Source of the DNA: Octopus sinensis
Lineage: Eukaryota
NCBI RefSeq assembly: GCF_006345805.1
Contig: NC_043002.1
Location: forward strand, 114,204,001 to 114,268,000
DNA length: 64,000 nucleotides
Reading direction: 5' to 3'
This document shows positions 63,780-64,000 of this stretch, piece after piece. The translations under genes were made by a program, and so were the position numbers. Below the pieces are notes generated by a model. It was not told the DNA's origin. It was given only the letters and a program-made list of their open reading frames with translations, and ran no database searches. Each line of letters begins with the position of its first letter. Within the stretch, counting starts at the first letter, position 1.

Positions 63780-63827
63780 GTCTTACAGCTGTTTCTAGGA
63801 TATTTATTATATCCCTTCATCGGAGAC
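63780..63827 (-). ncRNA. Type I hammerhead ribozyme motif in a probable Penelope terminus
   Basis: Minus strand gtct-CCGATGA-a-gggatat(aataa)atatcct-a-GAAA-cagctg-TA|agac. Confidence 0.6.
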
Positions 63828-64000
63828 GTTGTGAGAAGCTAGTTAAGCAATCGTTAATTTAGATAAGATACGAAATAGAGAGTGAGGTCGAGTAATGAAA
63901 ATAGATGTGAGATATGCAAGGATATTGTATTTGTAGATTCATTATTTAGGCAGAATGGTATACATATAAGATTCCAATACCTTATGAGTAAAATCCAATA

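Overview
AT-rich animal genomic DNA made almost entirely of repeats. The SINE families and the very long (TA)n/(TATG)n/(TAA)n tracts suggest an octopus or other coleoid cephalopod, but that assignment is an inference. I found no supportable host protein-coding gene, and most listed ORFs are microsatellite translations or transposon debris. The window is a nested transposon landscape: several Penelope-like elements (RT + GIY-YIG); a complete but decayed Gypsy element (9378-14105; ~120-bp LTRs, ATCAG TSD, tRNA-Leu PBS); a young near-full-length CR1 LINE (39890-43962); RTE, Tx1 and R4/Dong LINE fragments; a mariner relic; six non-autonomous Helitrons; MITEs; two probable solo LTRs; and about 25 tRNA-derived SINEs in four informally labelled families (A-D). 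The most interesting signal is a set of minimal type I hammerhead-ribozyme motifs at Penelope termini. Three of them carry the non-canonical core UUGAAAA (a U3-A8 swap of the C3-G8 pair), and two show a compensatory change in stem II. Also notable are a GC-rich CR1 whose C-terminus recalls flatworm elements (possible horizontal transfer), SINEs with swapped 3' tails, a CpG-depleted domain over the left ~14 kb, and a 253-bp fold-back palindrome.
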